NCBI GenBank assembly: GCA_965662845.1
Contig: CBFIJD010000001.1
Location: 110,194-122,945, forward strand
Direction: 5' to 3'
Source of the DNA: an uncultured bacterium
GTDB lineage: Bacteria; SAR324; NAC60-12
DNA: 12,752 nucleotides
Shown: positions 1 through 8,518 of the stretch, piece after piece
Layout of the letters: the number at the start of each line of letters is the position of its first letter
How positions within the stretch are numbered: position 1 is the first letter of the stretch
Made by a program: the position numbers and the translations under genes
The notes under the pieces: model-generated
The model's input: only the letters and a program-made list of their open reading frames with translations
What the model was told of the DNA's origin: nothing
The model's database searches: none

Positions 1-1
1 C

Positions 2-1585
2 GAGCAGGGAGGCGTCGACACACGCTTCTTGACAGGCGTCGTCAAAATGGATGAAGGCCGCCGCTTAGTCATGTCGCTCAATTTGGAGAAAGTGTGCGAC
101 ATCGAGGTCTCCGCTCGCCGTGAAAAGAATCCAGACTCGTCGTCTCCTCGTGCTCACAGCGCCGCAGATTCTCGCGCACAAACTGTGGATGAAGAGCAGC
201 TCGTCAGCTTCGAGTTGTCTGGAGAAGAATACGCGCTCAACATTCAGTCGGTGCGAGAGATCATCCGCATTCCTGAGCTTGTGCGCACTCCCAACGCTCC
301 CGATTACGTGATGGGGGTGATTTCCTTACGCAAGCACCTCCTGCCGCTCGTAGATCTGCGTCAACTCTTTGGTCTGCCTCCGCGCGACGATGAAATGCAC
401 GAGACCATCGACGCGTTACAGATGCAGATGCAAGAGCACGAAGAGTGGCAAACCATCCTCGAAGAACTCGTCGAATTAGGCGAAAACCAGCTCGATCTGC
501 CCGAGTTCACGACCACGCGCTGGTGCAAGCATTTTCGCACAGATCAAGAGCTGCTGCGCTTGGAAGTCGAAAAGATTGGTCAGTCTGCGGCTGAACTTCA
601 GCGCCTGACCGAACAGCTGCGCAAGCTGAGCGCAGATCAGCGCCCAGCGTTCCTGCAAGAGCGCATCATCCCTCTCAGTACGCGGGTTCGAGACCTGTTT
701 CGTGAAGGTGTGCAGATCGTTGAAAAGAACGACGAGCAGCGCATTGTCGTGACCGAATCAAATGGTCTCGCCGTAGGGATGATGGTGGATCGAGTGCGCG
801 AAGTGATGCGGATTCCGAAAAATCTGATTGATCCTCCTCCACGCCTGACCGCTCACAATGGCCCCCAAGCAGAGCGTGGTGTCGCCAAGTTAGACAATGG
901 CCAACGCTTGGTCATGATTCTGGACAACCACAATTTGTTCGACGCGTCTGACTTAGAGCAAATCGGCGACGGCGCGACGGTCGACGCCTTGGAAGCAACC
1001 GACAACGTCGAGCAAGTCGAGCAAACCGCTATCTCACTGCGCCAGCAAGGCTTGGAAGAGGAGCAACTTGTGACGTTCTTGTTGGGAAGAGAGGAGTTTG
1101 GCATTCGGATCATGCAAATTCAGGAGATCAACCGTCTCGGTGAGGTCACAAAGGTGCCTCGGGCGCCCTTCTACGTGGACGGGGTCAGCAACCTGCGAGG
1201 CGTCGTGGTGCCCGTCATCAACTTACGAACACGCTTTCGTATGGAGCCGCAAGAAGTCAATGATCGCACCCGCATCGTGATTGTGGACTTAGACGGCAAG
1301 AAAACCGCGCTCATCGTAGATCAAGTCAGCGAAGTGATGCGGTTGCCAAAGCGCGACATCACCCCCCCGCCGAGTGTCGTGTCTGCCGGAGGTGTCAACG
1401 ACTACATGGAAGGCATCGGGCGCCTAGACAACGGCAAGCGAATGGTCATGCTCTTGGACGTCAATCGCATTCTCGAAGAAGAGGGGCGCCAAGGCTTACA
1501 GTCTGTTCTCAAGAGCCAAGAAGCGGCCCAAGCTGAACATGCCACGCCTGCTCGCAAGCAATTGCGCACAGCTCCAGAGGAATGA
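2..1585 (+). CDS. cheW: Multi-domain CheW scaffold (at least 3 CheW domains), 5'-truncated; middle CheW carries a CZB-like insertion
   Basis: The frame is open from position 2 (EQGGVDTRFLTGVVKMDEGRRLVMSLNLEKV, the C-terminal end of a CheW domain), so the TTG at 29 is probably not the real start. Two further CheW domains start at EEQLVSFELSGEEYAL..VREIIR (~nt 190) and EEQLVTFLLGREEFGI..IQEINR..NLRGVVVPVINL (~nt 1058). All three end alike: GVVKMDEGRRLVM / GVAKLDNGQRLVM / GIGRLDNGKRMVM. Stop TGA at 1583-1585. Confidence 0.93.
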   Translation, partial: EQGGVDTRFLTGVVKMDEGRRLVMSLNLEKVCDIEVSARREKNPDSSSPRAHSAADSRAQTVDEEQLVSFELSGEEYALNIQSVREIIRIPELVRTPNAPDYVMGVISLRKHLLPLVDLRQLFGLPPRDDEMHETIDALQMQMQEHEEWQTILEELVELGENQLDLPEFTTTRWCKHFRTDQELLRLEVEKIGQSAAELQRLTEQLRKLSADQRPAFLQERIIPLSTRVRDLFREGVQIVEKNDEQRIVVTESNGLAVGMMVDRVREVMRIPKNLIDPPPRLTAHNGPQAERGVAKLDNGQRLVMILDNHNLFDASDLEQIGDGATVDALEATDNVEQVEQTAISLRQQGLEEEQLVTFLLGREEFGIRIMQIQEINRLGEVTKVPRAPFYVDGVSNLRGVVVPVINLRTRFRMEPQEVNDRTRIVIVDLDGKKTALIVDQVSEVMRLPKRDITPPPSVVSAGGVNDYMEGIGRLDNGKRMVMLLDVNRILEEEGRQGLQSVLKSQEAAQAEHATPARKQLRTAPEE

Positions 1586-1622
1586 AACCGTAGGATCTCG
1601 CTCCTGCCCCACACGCCACTGC

Positions 1623-1656
1623 GAGCTGGGAAGCCGCCTTCGCCAGCTCATTTTAT
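1623..1656 (+). terminator. GC-rich hairpin with a short U-rich tail between cheW and cheB (possible weak terminator or mRNA-stabilising stem)
   Basis: GAGCTGG-GAAG-(CCGC loop)-CTTC-G-CCAGCTC at 1623-1649 gives 11 bp with one bulge and is followed by ATTTTAT. Confidence 0.4.
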
Positions 1657-1670
1657 GAGGGAAGGAACCG

Positions 1671-2792
1671 ATGCCTGAAAAAAAGCTCGGGGTCTTGATC
1701 GCAGATGATTCCGCTCTGATGCGACGTCTCTTACGCAAGATTATCGAAGCTGACGACACGCTGTATGTCATGGAGACCGCGCGTGACGGAGTCGACGCCA
1801 TTGAAAAAGCCGAGCGCTTGCGCCCTGCGGTTGTTTCTATGGACATCAACATGCCCCGGATGGATGGACTCACAGCGCTAGAGCGCATCATTGAGGCAAA
1901 TATTTGTCCTGTAGTCATGCTCTCCTCTCTAACCCAAAAAGGCGCCTCGACGACCTTTGAAGCGATGGAGCTGGGGGCTTTTGACTATGTCGCCAAGCCC
2001 GACGGGACCGTCACTTCCAACATGGAAGACGTCGCGCGGGAGCTGGTCACAAAGCTCAAAAAAGCGGCTAAGTCCAATTTTTTGCGCACGCTCAACCGCC
2101 GCCGCAGTCACCGAGTCCCAACGCGATCAACGTCTAGAGTTGAAAGCCCTCGCACTCCGGCGCGTGCCGAGCCAACGCGCCTCGCGTCGCCCCCATCTAC
2201 TCGACCAGCGCGTGCCGCGCGCAGCTCCAAAAGAGCTGTGGTGATTGGCATTTCAACTGGGGGTCCCAAAACGCTGATGGAGGTGTTGCCTTACCTGCCA
2301 CCAAACTTAAACGCTCCGATGTTTTTGGTGCAGCACATGCCTCCGTCTTTCACAGCTTCCTTTGCGGAGCGTCTGAACCGAGCCTGCTCTTTTCCGGTTT
2401 ATGAGAGCGAATCGGGTATGGAAGTCGAGCCTGGAGCTTGTTATCTCGCGAAAGGTGGCTTTCATTTGAACCTCTTGCGCAAAACGGATGGACAAATCGT
2501 GATCCGCAACGCCTCGCGTCCGCAGCATCAGTTCATGCCCTCTGTGGATGTGATGTTCGACTCCGTGTTCTCGGTGTATGGCTCGGGGACTGTCGGCGTG
2601 CTGATGACCGGCATGGGCAATGATGGAGCCAAGGCGATGGCAAAAATTCGACAAAGTGGCGGCAAGACAATCGCAGAAAGCGAAGAGAGCGCCGTTGTGT
2701 TTGGCATGCCTCAAGAGGCCATCAAAATGGGCGGCGCCGACGTCGTGGTGCCCTGCTGGCAAATCGCGCAAGAAATCACCAAACTGATCTGA
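1671..2792 (+). CDS. cheB: Chemotaxis response regulator protein-glutamate methylesterase CheB
   Basis: N-terminal receiver (VLIADDS, VSMDINMPRMDG, MLSS, YVAKP) plus the methylesterase triad motifs GISTGGP (Ser), VQHMP (His) and TGMGNDGA (Asp), and PSVDVMF and VVFGMP. Purine-rich RBS GAGGGAAGGA upstream. Confidence 0.97.
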   Translation: MPEKKLGVLIADDSALMRRLLRKIIEADDTLYVMETARDGVDAIEKAERLRPAVVSMDINMPRMDGLTALERIIEANICPVVMLSSLTQKGASTTFEAMELGAFDYVAKPDGTVTSNMEDVARELVTKLKKAAKSNFLRTLNRRRSHRVPTRSTSRVESPRTPARAEPTRLASPPSTRPARAARSSKRAVVIGISTGGPKTLMEVLPYLPPNLNAPMFLVQHMPPSFTASFAERLNRACSFPVYESESGMEVEPGACYLAKGGFHLNLLRKTDGQIVIRNASRPQHQFMPSVDVMFDSVFSVYGSGTVGVLMTGMGNDGAKAMAKIRQSGGKTIAESEESAVVFGMPQEAIKMGGADVVVPCWQIAQEITKLI

Positions 2793-2816
2793 TCACCCTG
2801 AAACGGGAAATGCTGC

Positions 2817-3728
2817 ATGGCGCAAAAAGAAGTCGTTGCCCATTCTTACCTCAAATCTGGCACGAACGAACTCAAGATTCTGGAATACTCCACCGGAGAT
2901 CTCCACTTTGGCATCAATATTCTGAAAACGAGCCGCGTTCTGAGCCCTCCTGCAGAGGTCACCCGCGTCGTCGAGGCTCACCCCTCCGTCTTAGGAGTGA
3001 TCGATGACCACAACAGCACCATCCCCATTATCGACTTGGCCTCCTTTTTGGGCTTGCGTCCACCGCCGACAGGCCCGCTGAAAGGACGTATCATCGTCAC
3101 CGAGTTCTTCGGTCAAGTGAACGGCTTTCTGATTGAGACCATCCACTATGTGCACACCATTCTCTGGGAAAACGTCTTCGACTCCGCAGAAATTTTAGGC
3201 AACCTGGGAAGCCACTACGTCATCGGGATTGTCAGGCCTGACCCAAATGTGAACATCCTCTTGATTGACTACGAGACCATGCTGCTCGAGATGGCGCCGC
3301 AGATGCGCAACCTTGAGAAGCAGGCGATGTTCACCGAAATCAACGAGCGGGGTATCGGACGTAGAATTCTCATCGCAGAAGATTCTCCCGCCGTGCGAGA
3401 CATGCTCACCATGGAAATGAGCGAGCAGGGTTTTGAAGTCGTGCAAGCCAAAGACGGCCTCGAAGGCTGGGAAGCCTTTCAAGCAGATCCAGAGATCTTC
3501 ATGGTGATCTCAGACGTAGAGATGCCGCAAATGGATGGGCTGAGCCTCACGAAAAAAGTAAAAACGATGCGACCACAGACCCCTGTGATCGTCTACTCCT
3601 CGATTGGTGACATCGGCATGAAAGAGCGAGCCCGTGAGATGATGGCTGACGCTCACGTGACCAAACTCAATTTTGAAGAACTCATCGAGACCATCAATCG
3701 CTTGCTGGAAGAAAACCTTCCCCAGTGA
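2817..3728 (+). CDS. cheV: CheV (CheW domain fused to a receiver domain)
   Basis: N-terminal SGTNELKILEY..FGINILK..IPIIDL..IIVTEF..GFLI is the CheW part typical of CheV. The C-terminal receiver ILIAEDS..VISDVEMPQMDG..IVYSS..HVTK keeps the Asp, Ser and Lys. Confidence 0.93.
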   Translation: MAQKEVVAHSYLKSGTNELKILEYSTGDLHFGINILKTSRVLSPPAEVTRVVEAHPSVLGVIDDHNSTIPIIDLASFLGLRPPPTGPLKGRIIVTEFFGQVNGFLIETIHYVHTILWENVFDSAEILGNLGSHYVIGIVRPDPNVNILLIDYETMLLEMAPQMRNLEKQAMFTEINERGIGRRILIAEDSPAVRDMLTMEMSEQGFEVVQAKDGLEGWEAFQADPEIFMVISDVEMPQMDGLSLTKKVKTMRPQTPVIVYSSIGDIGMKERAREMMADAHVTKLNFEELIETINRLLEENLPQ

Positions 3729-5056
3729 ACACCGCCCTTTTGAATCAATACACAAACATGCCGAACATCTTAGTCGTGGATGATGACACGCACGTGCTGC
3801 AACAAATTGGCACCATGCTGAACTCTTTCGGCTTCGACTGCGGAAAAATTGCACGCGGGAACGATCTCTTTCAGCAACTGGAGCAAGAACCCGCCGATTT
3901 GATTGTCATGGATGTCCAAATACACGGAGTGAGCGGCCTAGACTTGTTGCGCGAAGTCAAAGACCACCCCAAATTTCAGCACATCCCCGTCATTATGACG
4001 ACGCGTGATGAGTCCGATCATCTGTTTGCGGAGTGTTTCGACAACGGGGCGGCCGACTTCATCATCAAACCCATCAAAGAGACGACCCTGCTGGTGCGGA
4101 TTCGCTCGATTCTCAAAGCAGCCGACGCAGCCCAGCAGCTGGAGCTCACGCTGCAGCTCCAAGAGAATATGAACACCGCCTTGATGCAGCAAGGCATGGA
4201 GCTGAAGCAGGCGCAGTCCGAGCTGGATCAGAAATACAAAGAAGAGCGCATCCGCAATGAGAGGCTCGTCCAAGATTTAGAGATGGCGCGTAAGCTCCGA
4301 GATTTGATCGCGGGTGAGTTTCCGGAGAGTGACCGATTTCAACACATGTATAAGATTCATCCCGCAGGGGAAGGCGGCGGAGATTGCGGCTCGCTGCGGA
4401 TTTGCAAAGACGAATACGGTCAAGAGAAGCTGCTCTGGACGATTCATGATCAGGTGGGGCACGGCGTTGAGAGTGTGCTGAAAGCTGTGTTTTTTGAATA
4501 TTTACTGCAACATCGCGCGACGCATGAGGACGGGATCATGCTAGACCCCGCCGCTCAATTGCAGCGCATGAACAACCTAATTTTGCGCTACGAAGAGCCT
4601 GGCTCGGCAGCGTGCACGGCGCAAATTCTGGTCATCGACCTCGCCACAATGGCTGTGCAGTATTCATCCGCCGGCCATCACCCTGCAATCCTTGTGCGCG
4701 CAGATGGCAGCGTAGAAGAGTTACCAGAGAAGGGCTTTCACCTCGGCTATATGCCCGGCCTGAAATATCCCCTCGGCACCACCCAACTTGGCGCCGGAGA
4801 CCGCCTGTTCCTGTTTACCGATGGCATCTTTGAGCTGTTCCGTAATTCAGAGGAGTGGTTCGGCTATCAACGGCTGCAAGAGTCCTTCGCGCGGCACTGC
4901 CAATTGAACTACAGGGAACTCTATCGCTCGGTGATGAGCGACGTCTCAGCATTCTTGGGGGTCGACATGCTCGCGTACATGGAGCATGAGATCGCAGCCC
5001 CTGCGGAACTACCGCCATTCGATGACATTCTGATCATGGGTCTAGAAATTCAGTAG
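3725..5056 (+). CDS. Response regulator with receiver, coiled coil and PP2C/SpoIIE-family Ser phosphatase domain (RsbU/RsbP-like)
   Basis: Receiver motifs ILVVDDD, LIVMD, VIMTT, FIIKP are followed by a Q/E/L-rich helical linker ending DLEMARKLR. PP2C motifs GGGD, DQVGHG, SAGHHP, LFLFTDG and DDI retain the metal-binding Asp residues. The GTG start overlaps the cheV stop (GTGA); an alternative start is ATG 3758. Confidence 0.92.
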   Translation: MNTALLNQYTNMPNILVVDDDTHVLQQIGTMLNSFGFDCGKIARGNDLFQQLEQEPADLIVMDVQIHGVSGLDLLREVKDHPKFQHIPVIMTTRDESDHLFAECFDNGAADFIIKPIKETTLLVRIRSILKAADAAQQLELTLQLQENMNTALMQQGMELKQAQSELDQKYKEERIRNERLVQDLEMARKLRDLIAGEFPESDRFQHMYKIHPAGEGGGDCGSLRICKDEYGQEKLLWTIHDQVGHGVESVLKAVFFEYLLQHRATHEDGIMLDPAAQLQRMNNLILRYEEPGSAACTAQILVIDLATMAVQYSSAGHHPAILVRADGSVEELPEKGFHLGYMPGLKYPLGTTQLGAGDRLFLFTDGIFELFRNSEEWFGYQRLQESFARHCQLNYRELYRSVMSDVSAFLGVDMLAYMEHEIAAPAELPPFDDILIMGLEIQ

Positions 5057-5065
5057 GAGCAGAGA

Positions 5066-5842
5066 ATGGAGCAGCAACTGCAGCTGATTGATGCGCTAGC
5101 GGAGTTATCGGAGCGCATTACGCCTCAAGAAGGCGCGTCCCAGCTCGTGCAAGAGTTGATCAACAAAACGCACGAGTTGATGGAGATGATGCACCAGGCG
5201 CACCCAGACGAGTCAGGGATGCTCTTGAGCGCCTTGGATGATGAGCAGCCCGTATTGCAAGCCATCGTGAGGCTAGTGCGTTCCTATCACGCGCAAATCA
5301 AAGCGATTCAACAAGATCTGCCGGAATTGCTCGGCGACTTAGCTCACGAAGAGATTGCGACGGTATCGGAACGGCTGCAGCACATCCTCGAAATGACGGA
5401 CAAAGCGGCCAATCGCACCATGGATTTGGCCGAAGCCGGCCTGCAAGTGGTCGGAGATCGGCGAGGGCACATGGCAGAAGCCCTCACGCTCGTCACGCAG
5501 CTGCAGCAGGCTCCCGCCAACAGCGCCGAGCTATGCCAGCAACTACACGAGAAGCTCATGGCTATGCAGCACGAAGACGAGGCCTTAGAAGCCAACTTCA
5601 CCGATATTCTCGTCGCGCAAGATTACCAAGACTTGACCGGACAGATCATTCAGCGAGTTGTGAAGCTGATTGGAGAGATTGACCAAAGTCTGATTGAGCT
5701 CATCCAACGCTATGGGCGCCGGAAACCAGAGCCCGCGCCTGCTGAGAATGAACTTGTGTTGCGAGGGCCGCTCCACGATAAGTCCGAGGAAAAGAAAAAC
5801 CAGTCCGATGTCGATGATCTCCTCAATCAACTCGGATTCTAA
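5066..5842 (+). CDS. cheZ: Protein phosphatase CheZ
   Basis: Catalytic DxxxQ within AQDYQDLTGQII, the helix ERLQHILEMTDKAANRTMDLAE, and the C-terminal CheY-binding helix QSDVDDLLNQLGF. RBS AGGAG at 5055-5059. Confidence 0.95.
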   Translation: MEQQLQLIDALAELSERITPQEGASQLVQELINKTHELMEMMHQAHPDESGMLLSALDDEQPVLQAIVRLVRSYHAQIKAIQQDLPELLGDLAHEEIATVSERLQHILEMTDKAANRTMDLAEAGLQVVGDRRGHMAEALTLVTQLQQAPANSAELCQQLHEKLMAMQHEDEALEANFTDILVAQDYQDLTGQIIQRVVKLIGEIDQSLIELIQRYGRRKPEPAPAENELVLRGPLHDKSEEKKNQSDVDDLLNQLGF

Positions 5843-5889
5843 GTTGCCTGGTCAACTTGCCTCCTGTCCCCCCCTCTATTGGAGACCGC

Positions 5890-6309
5890 ATGAGCGCTCG
5901 CACTTACTTTGTGACGATTTTGGCGGAGGACAACCTTGGTTCCGCTTTACAGACGGCGATTTCCGAAGATTTTCAGGTCTCTTGTTTTCGTAGTGAGACC
6001 GAGAGTTTGCAGCATCTCGTCAAAAACCCCTGCAACCTACTGGTCATCGAGGTGAATCACCCCGAATTCAACGGCTTCGACTTCTGCGAGAAGGTTCGCA
6101 AAGTCAGCCCCAACGCGCACATCATCTTTGTGAGCCGACAAGAAGATGTGGACACGGTGGTACGCTGTCAGAGTTTTGGAGCGGACTATTTGTTTTTTGA
6201 CCCCATTGACACAGCGGGCTTTCAGCGAGCTGTAGAGACGCTGTATGGACGTCGGAACTACTGGATGGACCTGATGAAGCAAGTGATGAAGCGCAAAAAG
6301 GAATCATGA
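5890..6309 (+). CDS. Single-domain atypical receiver protein lacking the phospho-acceptor Asp
   Basis: Receiver pattern ILAED..LLVIEVNHPEFNGFDFCEKVR..IIFVS..GADYLFFDP, with Glu at the Asp position and Asp at the Lys position. GGAG at 5881-5884 favours ATG 5890 over TTG 5857. The stop overlaps the cheA start (ATGA). Confidence 0.85.
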   Translation: MSARTYFVTILAEDNLGSALQTAISEDFQVSCFRSETESLQHLVKNPCNLLVIEVNHPEFNGFDFCEKVRKVSPNAHIIFVSRQEDVDTVVRCQSFGADYLFFDPIDTAGFQRAVETLYGRRNYWMDLMKQVMKRKKES

Positions 6310-8492
6310 GCGAACTGGAGTCTCTCGGTCTCGATAACGAGATTATCCAAGAGTTCGTGGAAGAGACGCTACTGGGATTAGATGCGCTCCAATCAACCCT
6401 GTTGCGTCTTGAAGAGGAAGGCTTAGGCGGCATTGACGCCGTTTTCCGCTGGGTGCACACCGTGAAGGGCACATCTGGCTTTCTCAACTTGCTTGATTTG
6501 CAAGGGTTTGCGCACAAGTACGAAAACTTCCTGCAGAAACTGAAAAGCGGCAAACCGGAAGAGCTGACGCATGAGCGGCTCGGTTTGGTGTCTGAAGGTG
6601 TCGACCTCATCAACGACGCGCTGCAAAACCTCAAGACCGGCGCGGTCTCGCTCACGCCCGCTTATCCTGAGTTCTTAGCACGCATCGCCTCCGAAAGTGA
6701 GGGAGACCACACTAAAAACCAAGAGAAGGTCGAAGCGCTGGCTGCCCGGATGGAGACGATCGCGGCTCATTTGCGCAAAGCCGCCGACAACTTTGCCAAG
6801 AAAGAGATCCCAACAACGATCACCAACGCCGTAGAAGCTCTGGAGCAAGAGTTGGCGCAACTGCAGAACTTCAAGGTTCAAGTGGTTGTGAAAAAGCTCA
6901 CGCTGGCCTCTGTGAAGGTCAAAGACCAAGAGCTGCTGCCCGAAGTTCAAATGGTGCTGACAGGTTTGGAAGAGGTGATTGCCGAGGGGAGTCTCGCCAA
7001 ATCACTCCAGAGTTCCGAGCTAGAACAAGCGACGGAGCGCATTCATCAAGCCTTGCACCCAGACGTCAATTCCCCCAAATTTCAGTGGTCTGTCATTGGC
7101 GATTTGTTGGAGTTGATGCCCGAAGTGTTGCCCAATTTTTGGTCGGCTTTCTGGCTGCAAGGGCTCGAACAACACGCCAAAATTGAGTACGCCGAATTTT
7201 CTGCGATGCTCGCCAGTCAAATGGCCGGCGAGGGCGTCGCAGCTCCCACCGCAGCCGAGACCTCTGCCAAAGCCAAGCGCAAAGAGGAAAAAGAAGAACG
7301 CAAAGGCGAAGATACTATCCGCATTGCGTCCGATTATTTAGACCAGTTCACACGACGGACAGAAGCGCTGGTCATGAATCGCAATTACCTAGAAAACCTA
7401 GAAAAAGAGATCGAACGCTACTTGCCGCAGCACGTCAGCAAAGAGCTGCAAGACGGGATCGGAGAATTAGAGAAGAGCATCGGCGGCTTGCAGAAAGCCT
7501 TGTTCTCGATTCGCTCGACTCGACTGAGTGAGTTGTTCGAAAAAATCCCACGGATGATTCGTCAACTGGAACGCGACCTGAACAAATCGGTGCGTCTGAC
7601 CGTGGAAGGCGAGTACATTGAGGTAGACCGAGGAGTCATCGCGATGTTGTCCGACCCGCTCGTTCACTTGGTGCGTAACGCGATTGATCATGGCTTAGAA
7701 GTCCCTGAAGTTCGTCGGCAAGCCGGCAAAGATGAACAAGGTCAGCTCCGCTTTGAAGCGACAAAGACCGACGAGAGCTTAGTCCTGAAAGTGGTCGATG
7801 ATGGACGCGGGATTGATGCAGAGAGAGTCCTCAAGAAAGCGATTGAAAAAGGGCTGGCGTTCGAGGATCAGGAGTATTCCGACGCAGAGGTGTATGCGAT
7901 GTTGCTGCAACCCGGATTTTCAACCGCTGAGCAGGTGACAAACGTCTCCGGCCGAGGCGTGGGCTTAGACGTCGTCCGCGCGGCGCTGGCTCAGCAAGGT
8001 GGAGATGTCACCATTGAATCGGAATTTGGCAAAGGGACCACCTTCTCGCTGACCTTCCCGCTGCGGCAAGGCACCCTGACACGCGATGTGTTGCTCGTCC
8101 AGTTGGGGAACCAGCGCTACGCCGTTGATCATGACCGACTGCGAGAAATCATCGAGACCCGGCGCGTCCAACTGGCGACCCAAGGGCAAGAAACATTCTT
8201 TTGTCATCGCGACGAATTGATTCCTGTGCTTGATCTCGGGCAGCTGTTGAGTCACGGGCGTCCCAGCCCATCTTCACAGTCGACAGAGGGACGTCTCTTG
8301 ATCATTGAGGACGAGAGTAAGAACCTTGCCGCCGTGCGCGTTGACCAGACGCTGCACCAAATGCAAGTGGTGATTAAGCCGTTTGATCATCAATTTCTGA
8401 AGCAAAACCCTTTATTTGCTGGAACCATTGTGACCGGGTTAGGGCAGCCAATTCTGGTCCTCTCCTTCAAAGATGTTGCCCAACTTCTCTAA
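6306..8492 (+). CDS. cheA: Chemotaxis histidine kinase CheA (copy 1)
   Basis: Hpt FRWVHTVKGTSGFL (His51, nt 6456), dimerisation domain from TIRI..LD, kinase boxes HLVRNAIDHG, DDGRGID, PGFSTAE, SGRGVGLDVV, GKGTTF, and a C-terminal CheW-like P5 (LIPVLDL..VVIKP..FAGTIVTGLGQPILVL). Confidence 0.96.
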   Translation: MSELESLGLDNEIIQEFVEETLLGLDALQSTLLRLEEEGLGGIDAVFRWVHTVKGTSGFLNLLDLQGFAHKYENFLQKLKSGKPEELTHERLGLVSEGVDLINDALQNLKTGAVSLTPAYPEFLARIASESEGDHTKNQEKVEALAARMETIAAHLRKAADNFAKKEIPTTITNAVEALEQELAQLQNFKVQVVVKKLTLASVKVKDQELLPEVQMVLTGLEEVIAEGSLAKSLQSSELEQATERIHQALHPDVNSPKFQWSVIGDLLELMPEVLPNFWSAFWLQGLEQHAKIEYAEFSAMLASQMAGEGVAAPTAAETSAKAKRKEEKEERKGEDTIRIASDYLDQFTRRTEALVMNRNYLENLEKEIERYLPQHVSKELQDGIGELEKSIGGLQKALFSIRSTRLSELFEKIPRMIRQLERDLNKSVRLTVEGEYIEVDRGVIAMLSDPLVHLVRNAIDHGLEVPEVRRQAGKDEQGQLRFEATKTDESLVLKVVDDGRGIDAERVLKKAIEKGLAFEDQEYSDAEVYAMLLQPGFSTAEQVTNVSGRGVGLDVVRAALAQQGGDVTIESEFGKGTTFSLTFPLRQGTLTRDVLLVQLGNQRYAVDHDRLREIIETRRVQLATQGQETFFCHRDELIPVLDLGQLLSHGRPSPSSQSTEGRLLIIEDESKNLAAVRVDQTLHQMQVVIKPFDHQFLKQNPLFAGTIVTGLGQPILVLSFKDVAQLL

Positions 8493-8518
8493 CTTTTTGA
8501 TCACCTAAAAGGCGATTT

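Noticed and set aside
29..31. TTG start of the first ORF as given in the ORF track
   Set aside because: The frame is open to the window edge and the upstream codons continue a CheW C-terminal motif, so the gene most likely starts outside the window.
3726..4180. TGAACACCGCC (MNTAL) occurring at both 3726 and 4170 in the phosphatase gene
   Set aside because: An 11-nt match is expected several times by chance in 12.7 kb, and the similarity does not extend.
5857..6309. Naming the single-domain receiver cheY
   Set aside because: It lacks the phospho-acceptor Asp and the conserved Lys and has a C-terminal extension, so no symbol was assigned.
2790..8505. TGATCACC present in the spacers before cheV (2790) and before the STAS gene (8498)
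   Set aside because: Only 8 nt, at different distances from the start codons, and one copy includes the cheB stop codon; consistent with chance.
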